From the NCBI RefSeq assembly GCF_964355755.1, contig NC_092674.1, forward strand, positions 27,342,001 through 27,406,000: a stretch of 64,000 nucleotides of DNA, read 5' to 3'. This stretch comes from Antedon mediterranea. Its lineage: Eukaryota; Animalia; Echinodermata. Within the stretch, counting starts at the first letter, position 1; each line of letters begins with the position of its first letter. Positions 38,660 to 53,340 of this stretch are shown here, one piece after another. The notes under the pieces are model-generated. The model searched no databases, had not been told where the DNA came from, and saw nothing but the letters and a program-made list of their open reading frames with translations. A program made the translations under genes and the position numbers.

Positions 38660-38970
38660 AGTTATTGTTTAATGATTTTCCACAAATAATACATATATTT
38701 TCTTAATAATTCATTAAATATATATGAATGTGGATGGTGGTCAAAATAAGTCTAGAAATAGACTTTAAGTAGAGACCACCATTCACAAAATAGAAAAAAA
38801 CATTACATTGAGATTACTGTACACTAATTAAATAAATAAATTTAAACAAAATAATGGTAGAGTGGTTTATAACATATAAAAATAAAAATAGACTTTAAGC
38901 AGGGACCACCATTTACGAAATAGACAACACATTAAAATGAGATTAATGTACATAATTAAATAAATAAAGA
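38660..38970 (-). repeat. Dispersed repeat (possible LINE 3' tail), also at about 13550-13740
   Basis: Both sites share TTCCACAAATAATA...AATGTGGATG..TCAAAATAAGTCTAGAAATAGA...GAGATTAATGTACA. Confidence 0.6.
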
Positions 38971-41900
38971 AAACAATGTTTATAACATATATCTTCTTCT
39001 GTGGCTTTACTGTTAAGCATTGGCAGAATGTCATTTTAAGTGTATCATTAGCTCTAATACAACAATATTTATTTCAATAATAACTAAAATTTATAATCAC
39101 AGATCATTCTTCAACGTCAATGTCTTTTTTTTCTCAATCTTTTCACAACCGCGGCTTTCGATAAAATTGTTATCTTCTTCTGGAATGATATATTGAGTAT
39201 AAATCTAGATTTGGTCTTTCATTCCTTCGTATTTTGATGTTTTAAAAATGTAAACAACAGGAAGAATAGAAGGTTCATTGACATCACTATAAAACAAATA
39301 AACTTGAAGTTGTTTAGCTTGGTTCCCACGAGCGACGCAACGTAACGCAACCTACGCGCGACGTAAGAAAATGCCCTATCAATAATTGTGTTTGCGTGAA
39401 ATCAAACCTGCGATGTTTGCAGCACCTTGTTTGCGTCGTCAGTTCTCACTTGTGATTACGAAATACAGCACTTTGCGTTGCGTCGTTAGTGGGAACAACG
39501 CTTTACATTCAATTCAGTTCACACTTACATCAAAATATGATGCCGAGGGACCCGATAAAAGATAAGATAAATAGATTTTGCGGTTTTAATAAAGTTATTC
39601 ACTTCTGTAAAAAAAAAAAAAAAACATTGTCTACATGAGAATTTAAGTATTTTTTGCTTGTATAGGCCTATATTAAATTTTTTCAGGTAAATCTTTTTTT
39701 TTTTCGATCCTGTTTTTGGTCAAAGTGAATAGGCCTAAGTGTTGTACTGTCGATAACAAGCGGTAGAATACAATTCTAAGAATTCAACAAATACAATATA
39801 AACAAATAAAAAGAACTGTTTTAAAAAATACCTTCGACTGTTTAGAAATGTACTGGTTTTATTTGAAAAAAAGTTTTTCAGGTTTCACATTCCATTATTA
39901 ATAACCATTTCAAACCATAACCAAATAAAATAACAAAAAAATCTTCAACCGACATATTGAATATACAGTCCATTACTTTAATTGCTCGTATACTTAGTAA
40001 GTGTTATTATTTCAGTTGGTTGTCTATCTATATACACTTCTACCTCGTCCTTCCCGCGCATTGCCTCCAAGATCGTCTGCCTCAAGTGCTATCATCTACT
40101 GCCGGGCAGAGTGTTCATCAATTGTTACCCATGCAACAACCACAAATACCTGACCTACTTTTCAAAATATTGAAAAATATTTTTCTACATAACACTTGAT
40201 ATTTACGTAGATTTGCGTGCAATTTAAACGTCAGATACTAGACTCAATCCATCACAAAGATTCCAAAGCTATTTCCCCGAAGCATACTAAATAAACTCGA
40301 TTTATAGATCACATACACTTTTTTCTGTCGCCGATTTTGTTCCGTAATCAATCATTACAGCCTATATTTCACATTCTATTATCGTTTTTATTATGTAACT
40401 TATAAATTTGAGATGTATTATTACACTCTAATGTTGTATAAGTGTTTTATATGGCTAATATTAAATGCTTGCTGAAGTTGATATTGAACCGGAGCTGTAA
40501 ATAAGCTTGTTTTCCGTTTCCATAGCCCCGGGTTTAATTCTACCTATTCTGGCCGATTTCCATTACGATTGGTCTCACAGACGCATGGGTTAAGCATGTT
40601 TTTCAGTCGATATTATTTACGCTATCATTAAAAATAACGGTGATAATCTTCTACGAATCCAATCTGATGATAGTTGGTGAGTTTGTATTGGTTTTGTGCG
40701 GGAAAAGAGGAATTTTGACAGCAAATTGTAAAATACTGCTTTGGTATAGAATAACATGAATAATTCATGTTTACGTCCAAGAAGTGATTCCTATATCTCA
40801 ATATGTATATAAAAATCCACAGTAAATATAACATAATGGACATGTTAATTAGCTTAAAGTAGATTCGCGTTACAGAAATTGTATTGGGCCCTCTGTCAGA
40901 TATGTTAGGGAGTTAAAGCTTAGACGTTGCGTAACGTAAGCGATTTGACCAATCACAAGCGATGGATAATTCGAATTGTCGCTTGTCATTGGTCAACTCG
41001 CTTGCGTTGCGTCTACGTCCGTGGGAAGCGCGCTTAATTTAGTATGGTTAAATAACACCATACGTTTGAATTAATTAATGTTAATATCAGTTAATATAAC
41101 CAATAACAATTTCTCATTCAAACTTGACTGCACATCAGGAGTGCACTAACATATGACTAATCATAACCCACAATGTCAATTTTTTCTTTACACAATGGGA
41201 CAATCCATCTGACACATTTACTTATCATCATTAAGTAACAAATGAGACATTCCAAAATAAAAATAAATAAAAAAATAATCCAACTGTTTTTACAAATTAG
41301 TATTCTTGACGGTTTTTGAAGCTTGCTTGAATCAATCACGTGATTATTTTCAAGAGTATGTCCTTTCATGTCATTCATCACAATTAAGTCATCATACATA
41401 AGGTAGTCACGTGACCACAATCATAATAAATGACAGGATGTCTCTTGACGTTCATAATTACCATGAATCAATTTCTCACTTAAGCTTAGCGTTAATTGTA
41501 ATTTTAAAACAAAAATGAACCGAAAATGTTTTTAATCAAAACCACATTGTCAACTACATTAGGCCTACTTCAGAACATTTAATATTATGATTCAATTGTT
41601 TTTATTTTATACATTGTTAATATGTAAAGCTTGATTCCCATTGGACGACGATACGTACGCAAAACGTACACATTTGACAAATCACAAGCGACAGATCATC
41701 CAAACTGTCGCATGTGGTCAAACTACTTGCGTGTACGTCATTCAATGAGTTGCGTTTTTAAGTTCCATTAAACGTAACGCAAAGTCGTACACGCAACGCA
41801 AGTTAGTTGACCAATCACAAGCCACAATTGGGATGACACATCTCTCATGATTGGTCAAATTACTTTGCGTTGTGCTGACGCCATTCAGTGCGCTGAGTTC

Positions 41901-42372
41901 TTATGGTAACCAATCTTAAGTTAAAACATGTATATCACAATACTTCAACTGTATTCATATATACCATGTTATGACGTTATATACCTGGATGTGCAGTACT
42001 ACTATCCTAGTAATTGGCTAGACTAATTTTGAACCTATCGAACGTTTAATTAAATGCAAAAAAAAGAGAAAAAGTCTGCATAATATATCATTTATTCATC
42101 TACTCTCCACAGATTGATTGTCATCGCGCAAATTAATCAAACCTAAGTACAGTTCACCTTCGGTCACTAGCTATTAAATCATTTATGAACATACACTGAA
42201 ACTACTTATAATAGGATTATGTAGCAGTTTAACGTAATGAAACCATATTGTTACCGTAACGGATAAAACAGCAGAGGATAAATCTAAGGAATGAAATGAT
42301 ATATTTCAAACACACGCACATACACAAAAGAAGAAAACAGTAGAACCAATCTATTCAAGATACTACCTAGAA

Positions 42373-42493
42373 AGCTATGTCCACTATCAAACTTTATGTG
42401 ACATATATGGACATGATGATGTCATATCACTACAATATTTGGGCACATCACACTTTTTTTTGTCAAACTTGATTTGATAGTGTAGACAGAGCT
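42373..42493. mobile_element. MITE family A copy (reverse, internally deleted)
   Basis: Same TIRs. A half copy also lies at about 50370-50420. Confidence 0.75.
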
Positions 42494-42524
42494 AATGGAG
42501 ATACTTCTCGTGGAACAAACCGGA

Positions 42525-42820
42525 GCAGCATATACTTTAACATTGATCAACTCCTATTCAGGGGACATCGTTATTAAAGGGACGTTTGTTATTAGGACAT
42601 ATTATATTATAGCCTAATTAGACTATATTAATAATAGTATATACTATTTTTCATTGGACCACATCTTTGAAACTAACAGGAAAAGCATATACTAACATTG
42701 ACCAACTCCTACTCAGGGAAAACCGTTATTAAAGGGACGGTTTTATTAGGACAGACTATAGATTATAGTTTAATTACACTATATTATTAGTATATACTAT
42801 TTCATTGAACCACATCTTTG
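42525..42820. repeat. Tandem duplication of about 160 bp
   Basis: AGCATATACT..AACATTGA.CAACTCCTA.TCAGGG...CGTTATTAAAGGGACG...CCACATCTT occurs twice. Confidence 0.8.
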
Positions 42821-44959
42821 TGGTCGTTGGTAATAAATTTAATCACGTAGACTTTGTCATCTCCTTCACGATTCATGATTTTCATACTAATAACACATGT
42901 AAATGTGATGTAAGATACAATACATGCCTTCCATCATATCGAAGCCATCGATTTACTGTATTTAAATGATGTCCGTATCATTGGCAAATCCCGTGATACA
43001 GCATCTCATGTGTTTCACATATAACGCCTAATATACCTTAACACAACCTTCCATGATATAGACATCATGTGAAATGAGTTGATGTATCATGTCATTTGTG
43101 TAGATACAGCACTATGATAAATGGTTATTCTTATTTCTTAGTGCACAGAAATGGATATTAATATTCAATGATTCATTACACTTTCCAAATAATACTGGTG
43201 ATTTTAATTAATAAGGGGAAACTGTTAGCTGTAATTTTTCCCATGGTTATGACTAACATATAATTTGTTACACAAAAAAGGAGCGATATCACAATTCTAA
43301 CAAATTGTGTCGGATTTTGAAAAAAATTGAGATGCGACATTAACCGGATGTAATGTCCCAAAAATATGACAAATACAAAAGAATGTGTCACACTTTAAAT
43401 ATATTGGTCATTTTGTAATTTTAATAAATGCATTCACTTTTGCTTAAAAAACATGTTTTCGTTTAGAAAAAAGGCGACAAAAATAAATAAACGGTAAGTC
43501 CAATTAGAAACCCAATTGACTTTCAGAAAATATCCTTCCGGTTGAATTTTTTAACATTTAATTTTTATTTTCAAGCAAAATTGATGTTATGTTAAAATGG
43601 CATATTAAAAAAACCCCCTAAAAATAAACCAATTATTTTTCTACTATTAATAATTATGATACACATTAAGTTGGGTGTGATTCCAGACAGACCATGTCTG
43701 TATAATGCAATATCCTTCCTAAAGCATAGGCAATCTTGCTACAATGACAGCCCTTATAGCAATAACCACGTGTAGCTTCTATTTTTCTGCAGGAAAAAAC
43801 AAACGATGAAATATTGGCAAGAGTTATAATCAATGTCTAAAAGGCTCGAAAATGTCCTATTTGTGTGATATCATTTGTTGATGAGTCAGGGGCTCAGTTT
43901 CCTAATCAAATAACACAAGGAAACAAAAGAAGAGAAACGTCAGCAGACGACAAATGCTACTTGTTGAACGCGTGGCAGACTATACAACTTAGTCGCAGAC
44001 GATCAATACTTTATACAACTAGAATAACCAAAAAAAGGTAAGTCCAATTAACATTTTAACTAATTTTGAACTTTCATCTTCAATCTGTGTCAGTGATAAA
44101 GTTGTAATAATCTTTACTTGCTGTTTGGCAGTTAAGTTAATTGAAAGGAACATTAGGAAAACTAATTATTAGTTAGCTGATTAGATTGTGTTATTAGAGA
44201 ACATGGTAGTTATAATTTAGTTATAAAAAAATAAAAGTTATAAATATTGGTTCAATGTATTAACAATGTAATTTGTTACATAATATAACTATCGTGAACT
44301 TTAACGTTTGTCAAACTATTCAAATTACACCCTTTCATTGTCCAATAACAAATCAGAATAGGTTTGCTTAATGCGTTGTATATAGTCTGCTATATCTGTA
44401 AAAATCTCTAGATATTAAGATGTCAGTTAGAGGAAAACAATATAATGTTTTTACTTGCTTTTCCTCCATTTCCAATGTTGATTTTATTATGTCATGTTAA
44501 TAAAAATGATAATAAATTAGTATAAGGTGGATGATTACCACGAAAAAAAACCAAAAAAACAGACATGATTTTATTATGTTGTGTTTATGAATAGAAAAAA
44601 ATAAAAACTACCTACGTCATGTCATGTTATTGAAAACGAGAAGAAATTAGTATAAAGGTGGGTGATTACCACGAAAAAAAAAAACCAAAAAAAACACTTG
44701 AAATGAAAAGATGTAGGCCTAGGACTTCACTATTTTAATTTTAATCTCTATTTTTAAGATAGCTCTCAATGATCAGCTTCATTAATCAGGTGTTAGAGAA
44801 ATTTTATTTCTAGAAAGTAAAAAGTGAAATAAAAACTATTTCCCAAATAACGAACGTTGGGCGTAATAAAACATGATTAGAAATAGTAGTTCCGACCCTC
44901 TATCGATAACATTATACTAAATTATTTGTTTTTTTTATTTTTCAGTTTAGAATTGCAAT

Positions 44960-45979
44960 ATGGATGATACACTGTCAGAGCTGTTGACGTGTCCAAGTTG
45001 CTCTGAGATTTTTGACAACAATTTAGAAGTAAAACAACCTAAGCTCTTACCTTGCCAACATGTCTTCTGCCTGGGCTGCTTACAAAGTCTTAAGCTGGAG
45101 AAGAAGACATTAGACAGTGGTCTGGATTTGAGTCTAACAGAAACAACTCCATTTGACGAAAGTCTACAAGCCCTCTATTGCCAATGTCCCAGCTGTAGTA
45201 GGAAGCATCGAGTACCCCACGATGACGTAACCAATTTTGATAATAGCATGGTTCACGATAAGTTACTTGAACGATGTAAGAAAAAGAAGATTGAGGAACC
45301 AAAATCGGAGACAGATGAACTAGTGATGTTTGTGAAAAGAGCTCAAGGTAAACTACAAAAGAAGATCGGATCGTTTGATGAAAAATTCAAGCAGAAACTC
45401 GCAGATTTGCAGAGTTATTGCGATGCCAATAAAGAGGATGTTCGTGAGAAAATGGAACAGCTTGTAGAAGAAATCCACAAGACAGAAGCGAGTTTATTCA
45501 AGATGATTGATAGGTATCATGAAGCCGAAGAAAAGAAATTGAAGGATACTCATGAAGCTGCCATTGAACGTGTCAAACATGCCAAAGAACTATCTGAAAC
45601 TGTCAACGAAACATTGGTTGGACCACAGACAAAATCTGCAGTACATCTAACGAAGGTTCTAGGAGACACTCTCTCCACATGTGATGATATAGAAGGCTTA
45701 ACTGAAAACGTTCCAGATTCATCCCTATCTAGATTCGAGTGCAATATCGAAGAAATTAAGCTGTCAATTACGTCACTAGGAGGAGAACCGACCACCGAAG
45801 TGAATCCAAAAGATGAAGAACAAGGAGAAATGTCCAAATGTCAAGAAGATGTGGACAAACAGGAAGATGTTCTTCAGAGTAAAGGTGAAGATCTAAAGGA
45901 AGCCGTATTAGTTAAAGATATTAATGACACTTTGCCGTCGTACCCGATTTTACATATGAACAGTAAATGGGCTACTTAA
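44960..45979 (+). CDS. RING-finger + coiled-coil TRIM-like E3 ligase, 339 aa, single coding exon
   Basis: C3HC4 RING (CPSC...PKLLPCQHVFCLGC...CPSC), a TRIM-type linker (VTNFDNSM), a long helical coiled-coil region and an acidic tail. A 5' UTR intron at 44038-44945 has AAG|GTAAGT and TTTTCAG. Confidence 0.85.
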   Translation: MDDTLSELLTCPSCSEIFDNNLEVKQPKLLPCQHVFCLGCLQSLKLEKKTLDSGLDLSLTETTPFDESLQALYCQCPSCSRKHRVPHDDVTNFDNSMVHDKLLERCKKKKIEEPKSETDELVMFVKRAQGKLQKKIGSFDEKFKQKLADLQSYCDANKEDVREKMEQLVEEIHKTEASLFKMIDRYHEAEEKKLKDTHEAAIERVKHAKELSETVNETLVGPQTKSAVHLTKVLGDTLSTCDDIEGLTENVPDSSLSRFECNIEEIKLSITSLGGEPTTEVNPKDEEQGEMSKCQEDVDKQEDVLQSKGEDLKEAVLVKDINDTLPSYPILHMNSKWAT

Positions 45980-48169
45980 TGGTAACTACCTAACATTATA
46001 GGTAATAATTAATACATTCAATGAATGGTTTAAAGAGTTTAAACACATTTTAAACCGTATATTATTACATGTTTACGACGTTTACTAGACTTCGTATAAC
46101 GTATAGGATACATCATTATGTCTTCACGTATTAAAGCTGAAAGACTGATGTGGTATTTAAACCAACGGCTAGTAATACAATTGTACTAGAAATAAGGTAA
46201 TCTTTTGAAAATACCTTTTGGTCTAATCCTTTTAAATGGACCGACGGGTCTGAATGTTTATTAACATTCATTTATCTGTGTTACACAATCAATCCGTGTC
46301 AGAAAACTTGGTTAAGTACAATACGTTTTATGCAATTTATTTTTTTCCTGATATGGATTCCGAATCAGTGATAATGAGTTTATTCGCATTCAAGTTCTCT
46401 TGTTTAATGGTAGTGGTAATAAAGGAAGTTACAAGAATTATCAATTCCCGGTTGTTCTATTTCAGAATGTTAAAACTGTGGCTGAATGGAAAAAAAATCA
46501 TAAGATAATTTTCCTGACATATTAGTCATGATATTATAAATCCTTTCCGCTAAAGGGTTGTATTTTATAAACCAAATTATGTTTTTCATTTATTTACAAC
46601 ACTGTGTATATTATATTGCCTCTGATTCAAATTCTGCCGATACATGTACGGTATTAGTCTTAAAGACAATAAACATTCAGGGTATCTTGCCCGATGACGA
46701 CAAATTCTATCCTAAATATTTACTTTAAAAAAGAAAAAAAATAGTGTGAGATTAAATCTCAGTCTTTCTTGGGCTATCAGATAACGTGATACAGTATACT
46801 GTGTTCTGTCGCTAGACATGATACCGGCCATATAAGTTACCAATTGTATTGATTTTGTTAGCATTAGGCCTATGTCCACTTATGCTTCTGTAGTATACAC
46901 ACTTTCTTGTTGTCGGGATACTGATTTTTTTTATAGGAAGACAGTACACTGTGACTATTACTATAATTTACATGACCTTCCTATTTCAACAGATGTATTT
47001 ATGTTTCATAAATATTTTTTGCACAATTCCAGCGAGATAGTTACAACTACCTATATTGACTCATTTTATTTCGAATCTAGATTTTAATAGCCTTGTATTT
47101 TTTCGTTGAAGGCCTACAATTTGATTTTTTTCTGACTCAGCAATTGTGTGATTTAGAATGTGACTTTTTCACCGACCTACTTAATTTGTTCAGTAGTCTT
47201 TGTGTCTTCTTCATCGACCTCAAAACAATTTTTTCTAGCATCACGCAGGCATTGTTTTGTCGTGTGTTATTAATAATCTACTATATGCTTCTAATATAAC
47301 TTTTCTATTTATCGAAGTATTATGATGATGTCTAAATGGCATTTAAACAACTTTTCACGATATTGAGTTAGCGCGTCTTGGCTTATAATATTCAAAGGCT
47401 ACTCACTTACTTAAAATCGGTAACATTAGAAGATGGAAAATGCTTAACACGAAAATGCAATAGTATCATTATTACATCATTACAACCGGTGCGTAATTAT
47501 TACGTGTGAACGAGAGAGTTTACGAAGGTGTATATTTAGAGTTCAGTATTAAATTTTTTGATAATTAACTTCATTTTGATGTAAACAATCCAGTACATTA
47601 TTCAACATCGGCGCATTTTTCTATTTTAAGTTATTTTAAAATTAGGCCTATAATCTGCGAATTTTTCTATTTTAAATTAGACCTATAAATAATTTAACGA
47701 CATCGGGATTAAAGAAAAAATAGGTAGAATTACGATCAATTCATAATGGTTATTGATTCAAATTAATTCAATAAAGAATAAAAGCTTCTCAATTTATTAA
47801 GTATAAGTCAACAGTGTACGGACATTAAATGAATTAAATAAATATGCTGATTCTGGTAGCAAATCCGTTTATATCGTTCATATCAAGGCAATCATATTGT
47901 CTTGTTGTTCATACTAAGGAGTTGTAAAATAACAACTTCCTGTTCATACCACGCACTCGTATCTTAGGAGACTCAAGATTCAAGAAATTGTGTTGATCCA
48001 CTTTTAAAATGAAAATTCATTTTGCTTGGCATAATTAAGACAATAAAACAACAAGTAATAATACATCAAATCGCAAAAAGAAATCCTCATCTACAAAATG
48101 AGTGTCTATACTCTTCGTCGATGAGCATCATTGCTAATTATAAATTGGCGCATCTTGAACAACATATCC

Positions 48170-48608
48170 ACGTAGCGCGCTACTCAAATGAGTTGACCAA
48201 TCACAAGCGACAGTTCGAATGATCAATCGCGTCCTAACGTAGCGCCACGCAAATGAGTTGACCAATCACAAGCGACCGTTTGAATGATCAATCGCGTTCC
48301 TAACGTAGCGCTACGCGAGTTGAACGGTCACAAGCGACAGTTCGAATGATCAATCGCGTCCTAACGTAGCGCCACGCAAATGAGTTGACCAATCACAAGC
48401 GACCGTTTGAATGATCAATCGCGTTCCTAACGTAGCGCTACGCGAGTTGAACGGTCACAAGCGACAGTTCGAATTATCCATCGCGTCCTAACGTAGCGCT
48501 ACGTGAGTTGACCAATCACAAGCGACAGTTCGAATGATCTATCGCGTCCTAATTTATCAAGTGCGGTGCGTTTACATCATTGCGTTGTGTCTAATGGGAA
48601 CGAAGCTT
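48170..48608. repeat. Tandem array (6 units of 61-65 bp) amplified from a family B-related MITE interior
   Basis: GAGTTGACCAATCACAAGCGACAGTTCGAATGATC units start at 48190, 48255, 48317, 48382, 48444 and 48505. The array ends in the TIR CTAATGGGAACGAAGCTT. Confidence 0.85.
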
Positions 48609-49361
48609 AAGTACGCCATTATCATTACACATAATTATTACAATAATGTCATAATCCAACGGACAATTTTTAACACATTATTGTATTGTCTTTACTCTGA
48701 TGACGTCACTGACTCAGGGAGATATAGACCTACTTATTTTTACACCACACTCTTATTATCAATTAGTACGACGCTATTTATAACGAAGAAGATGGTGATG
48801 GTGAAACATGCACTAAGAAATAATCAGTCGCGGATTCATTGCATTACATTATAAGGGAGTTAATTATCTTAGTCGAAGTAACCGTTTCAAAGTGGCTGTG
48901 GCTTAAGTATATTAAGCGATAAAGCTTATGCTTTTCAGAAACATAATAATAATAGACATGTTACGTTGTATGAGAGCGAAATGTCAATGTGATCAACAAG
49001 ACCTTTCATTTGTATCTCAGCGGTTGTTCTAATTTAATAGATGAGCAAACTGCGATTCCTTAATCAAGTCAAAGCAAGAGATAAACCGCGTTCCTACTTA
49101 CAAGCTCACAGAAAATGCGCCACTTTTTCGTAAAAAGCAAACGATGTATTATAGAGAATTAAACAAATCCGTACCGCCATTTCTCGATAAACACTATACA
49201 AGTTTTAAATTTTTTTTTTTTTGGAAATGTAATTTTTAAATTAGAATCAGTAGTTTCGTAATTGATCAACTGCCTTTTTGAGAACGGACCTAATTATAGC
49301 GGACATCTGTGATCAATCGTAGAGCCATGAGTGGCATCGATCGCATTGTCACGATACTTAT

Positions 49362-49855
49362 ACGAGACTAGGCTGACTGCAAGTACTTATTACAAGTATT
49401 TAATACACCTAGACTTGTATTTCAATGACTTGCAATTGTCAGTTAAGAATTATCTAGTGATGGCTGCAGATTTGGGTTACTCGTAAATTTAAACGAGACT
49501 AGACAGAGTGCAAGTATTTAATACACCTACACTAGTATTTCAATGACTTGCGATTGTCAGTTAAGATGTATCTAGTGGTGGCTGCAGATTTGGGTGACTC
49601 GTATTTAAGCGAGACTAGGCTGACCGCAAGTATTTAATACACCTAGAGTTGTATGTCAATGACTTGCGATTGTCAGTTAAGATGTATCTAGTGGTCGCTG
49701 CAGATTTGGGTGACTCGTATTTAAACGAGACTAGGCTGACCGCAAGTATTTAATACACCTAGAGTTGTATGTCAATGACTTGCGATTGTCAGTTAAGATG
49801 TATCTAGTGACGGCTGTAGATTCGGGTGACTTGTATTTAAACGAGACTAGGCAGA
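49362..49855. repeat. 116-bp minisatellite, about 4 copies
   Basis: CGAGACTAG anchors occur at about 49362, 49493, 49609, 49725 and 49841. Confidence 0.92.
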
Positions 49856-52800
49856 GCATTATATGCCTATTAGCTTTGTTTTGTATATTTGTTTATTCTG
49901 TTCTGTTCAATTACCTTTTGAGTTTAATGAACGTTTGCCTTTAAAAAAAACCCCACGAATAATTATGTTAGATGACACACAGAATGTAAAAATAGATAAC
50001 TACAAAGCACAGTGCTTAAGACTTTTTATAGTATTAATAATATAAGATTAATACTTGTTTACTTCAAAGAACCGCGCACGACAACCCGACGATATTCCAA
50101 TTAAAACGATCTAATAATAATATAGGCCTAAGTAATATAAAACGGGTATGGCATGCACGGAGACATTAAAAACATTTTGTTCTCCCCAAAAATGAAAAAA
50201 ATCTGTCAAAAAGCATCATAAGTCAGAAATATGCCCTGGAGAGAATACTGCGTGCAAAATTTTGGTGTGAATTACTATTCCCGCCAGGGTTCTGTTTATT
50301 TCTTGTCAGTATTTTCACGGATGCGAGGTATGATTTCGCCGCTGCGTCGTCATATTGACGGAAACTCTGGGTACATCACACTTTTTTTGTCAAACTAGTT
50401 TGATAGTGTAGACAGAGCTTTATAAACCGAGTGTTCTCTCCATTTTTACCCTGACGTCACGGTTCACGTATCATGTCAATTACAATTTGCTATCATAAGT
50501 CAGGGCGCCGTAATTATTAAATTTACAATATTTTAAATTTGTTGCTATGTGTTACATTCATCAAATTAAGTAACATTTTGTTGAAGCCATTGGCATTTTT
50601 GCTAACTTAATTTGCAATTGGCGTGTGAAATGAATCGAAGTAATTGACGATTGGCGTTAATGTTATACCTTGCAGATATAACAGTCCCTCTGGTACGATA
50701 CCTTTCGTATACTTACCTGATCTAACGTCTAGTAAGTGTCAAAATAAAACTAAACACATTCAAATTAACGTTGAATGTTTTTTTTTCAATTGGGCACAGA
50801 ATGAAACAAAATACTGAATCACTATCTTCTTCTTTGAATTTGGTTTGGGCACCGAATGGAACAAAGTACTACATTACTATTTTCTTCTTGAACACATATT
50901 GATAAAAACATAAATGTAATGTTAAAAATGTATTGTCCCCAAAAAAAAATAAAAAATGAAGATTAATAAAATCAGACTTTAAATAGGCCATTTTGTAGTC
51001 TTAATAAAGTTATTCTTTAAAAGAAAAGAAAAAAAAACCTAAACATTATTTCACTTATAAAAAGACAAAAGAAATTTAATTTTATCCAAAAACCATTGTC
51101 TGACAATAATTTAAGTATTTTTTCAGGTAAATAATTTTTTTTTTCGATCCAGTTTTTGGTCAAACTATTGTAACATTAAAATGGCATATTCACAAAAAAG
51201 AAATTCTAAAAAATATATATATATTTTAACATAAAACAATATGTAGGTCATGAGGTGTTAAAACAGGAATATGTACTTTTTTAGTCACATATCTTTCTTC
51301 ACCATTTTAGGTTATCTCAGATTGTTGTTTTGCACGGAATGTGTCATCTCGGACGGGGTTATATACATTACATTTCAAAATATATACTAATCCAGATGAC
51401 GACACGAATGGTATTTTAAAGTTCCTTTACTAATGGAATGAGAGACGAGCAAAATATTTGAAATAATGTTCCCGGAATCAACCCCTCACTTCCGGCAAAA
51501 TAATATCTAACAGGTGCAATCTTCACAAGCCTATAAATTGTCATATCATATCAACACTTTTACTGTATTATATATCAATAGAAACAGTTTTATATATTGG
51601 GGCCAAATACTTGACAGATTGAAATGTTGGATGCCGAGATGTCAACATTAGACCTATTTTAACACTGGGGCTATTTAAGGAGGTTTGTTAAATATTTTGT
51701 TATTTTCACAATTTTTTTTTAGAATCAATCTACGATTTCACTTTAAATATATATTTTTTTTCTTTCTCTCTAACATTTTGATGCATCCTCTACGATATAA
51801 CAACTTTCTATAAACAATATTAAAATGTAATTCACTAATATTGTTAACTAAAAGTATAGATAATGCATGGCAATTGATTATTAACTCTCGCCAAGTCTTT
51901 CCTTTTCTATTTTTTTTATGCCTGATTTGTTTTTCTACTATTTTTGCGTTCTTATTGTAATTGTTTTTTTATATTTGTTGTCTTGTTTTGTCCTTAATAT
52001 GCTTGGTCTCTCAAGCTGTGACCTGGGATGTTTTTTTACATTCTTGTATGTTTTTTTTATATTTGAAATAAAGGATGATTTTATATACGTGTATCATCAA
52101 AAGCAGTGAAAAGAAACGAAGAAGATGAGTGATTATAATATCGATTTCAACATGCAGTCAGACTATGGATATAATATAACTATGTTTTCTCCAGACATTT
52201 ACCACATTCGATGATAACCCTCGTCACAAATGTCTTACCATTTCAGATAAGCTAACGTAAAAAATATATGTGTTATCGACAATGATTTTATTGTGTGTGC
52301 CTATAATATTGATCAAATTAAAGATTTGTTGAGTAAATGCGATGTTTGGTCATTCATTCTCACTAACGTTCGTTTTGATGCGTTTGCTAGCCATTCATAT
52401 TGTCACACACGTGTTACTATAACATTTTATATTTCATTAGACTGTTATTAATACAAATTACACCACGCCATAAATCAGGACCTGTCAGCCATTTTCTGCT
52501 AACAATACGCGTCATTTTGCCGTGTAGCTATAGCCACGATGCTGACGTCACTCGAGGAGGCGCGCAGTCCGATTGTGCCTTACGGCGGTCATACAAATCG
52601 ACCTTGCCTTAGTTAATTTCAAACATTTTCTTTTATTATAGCTTAGTATTTTATATTCTCTACTTCAGAAATTATTTGCAAAGATAGATCAACAGTCACA
52701 AACGATATTTAATCAAATAAAAAAAACTTTACAAACACGGAAAGAGATTTAATCTTGCGAACTTGTTGTTGCGAATGCAGAAAAAGACATTTTAATGAAG

Positions 52801-53340
52801 CTGTTGTGGCGGATTTTGTGTCAGGAGGTGAGCTGGTGACATTTTGTTTAATCCTCGGCATGAATAAAATGCGTTTTATTCATTACTAGAATGGGAATGT
52901 TTTCAGCATGTGCTTCTTCACAATATGGTTCTGTAAATTTAGAAGTGAACGTTGATCTGTTAGCATTCAGCATATTAATTCTAGTGTTGATGATCGACAT
53001 CAATGTTGTAGAATAATTAGTTGAAGTCACCATCGCTCATTATGTATAAATCATTTTAAAGCAACGGTAATAAAAAAAAGAGGGAAAAAGCCAAATAATC
53101 ACACAACAGTAAGTTGACATCAGACGTTAATCTAAAAATAAACTCTTTCATTATTGGACCGACAATATCACAATAAGTCTAAGATTATTTCATTTAAAAA
53201 AAATTAATTTTTTATCCAACAGGACATTTCGTCTCGGATATTACCAACAATAAGAACCCTTCCTTTCCCGATACCCAATCAAAGGGACACGGTTTTCAGG
53301 AAACTATCAAATGTTTTAACATTACGTCCAATTCCTATTA

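Noticed and set aside
39957-40199. Short ORFs with CxxC pairs
   Set aside because: No recognisable domain, splice signals or partner exons.
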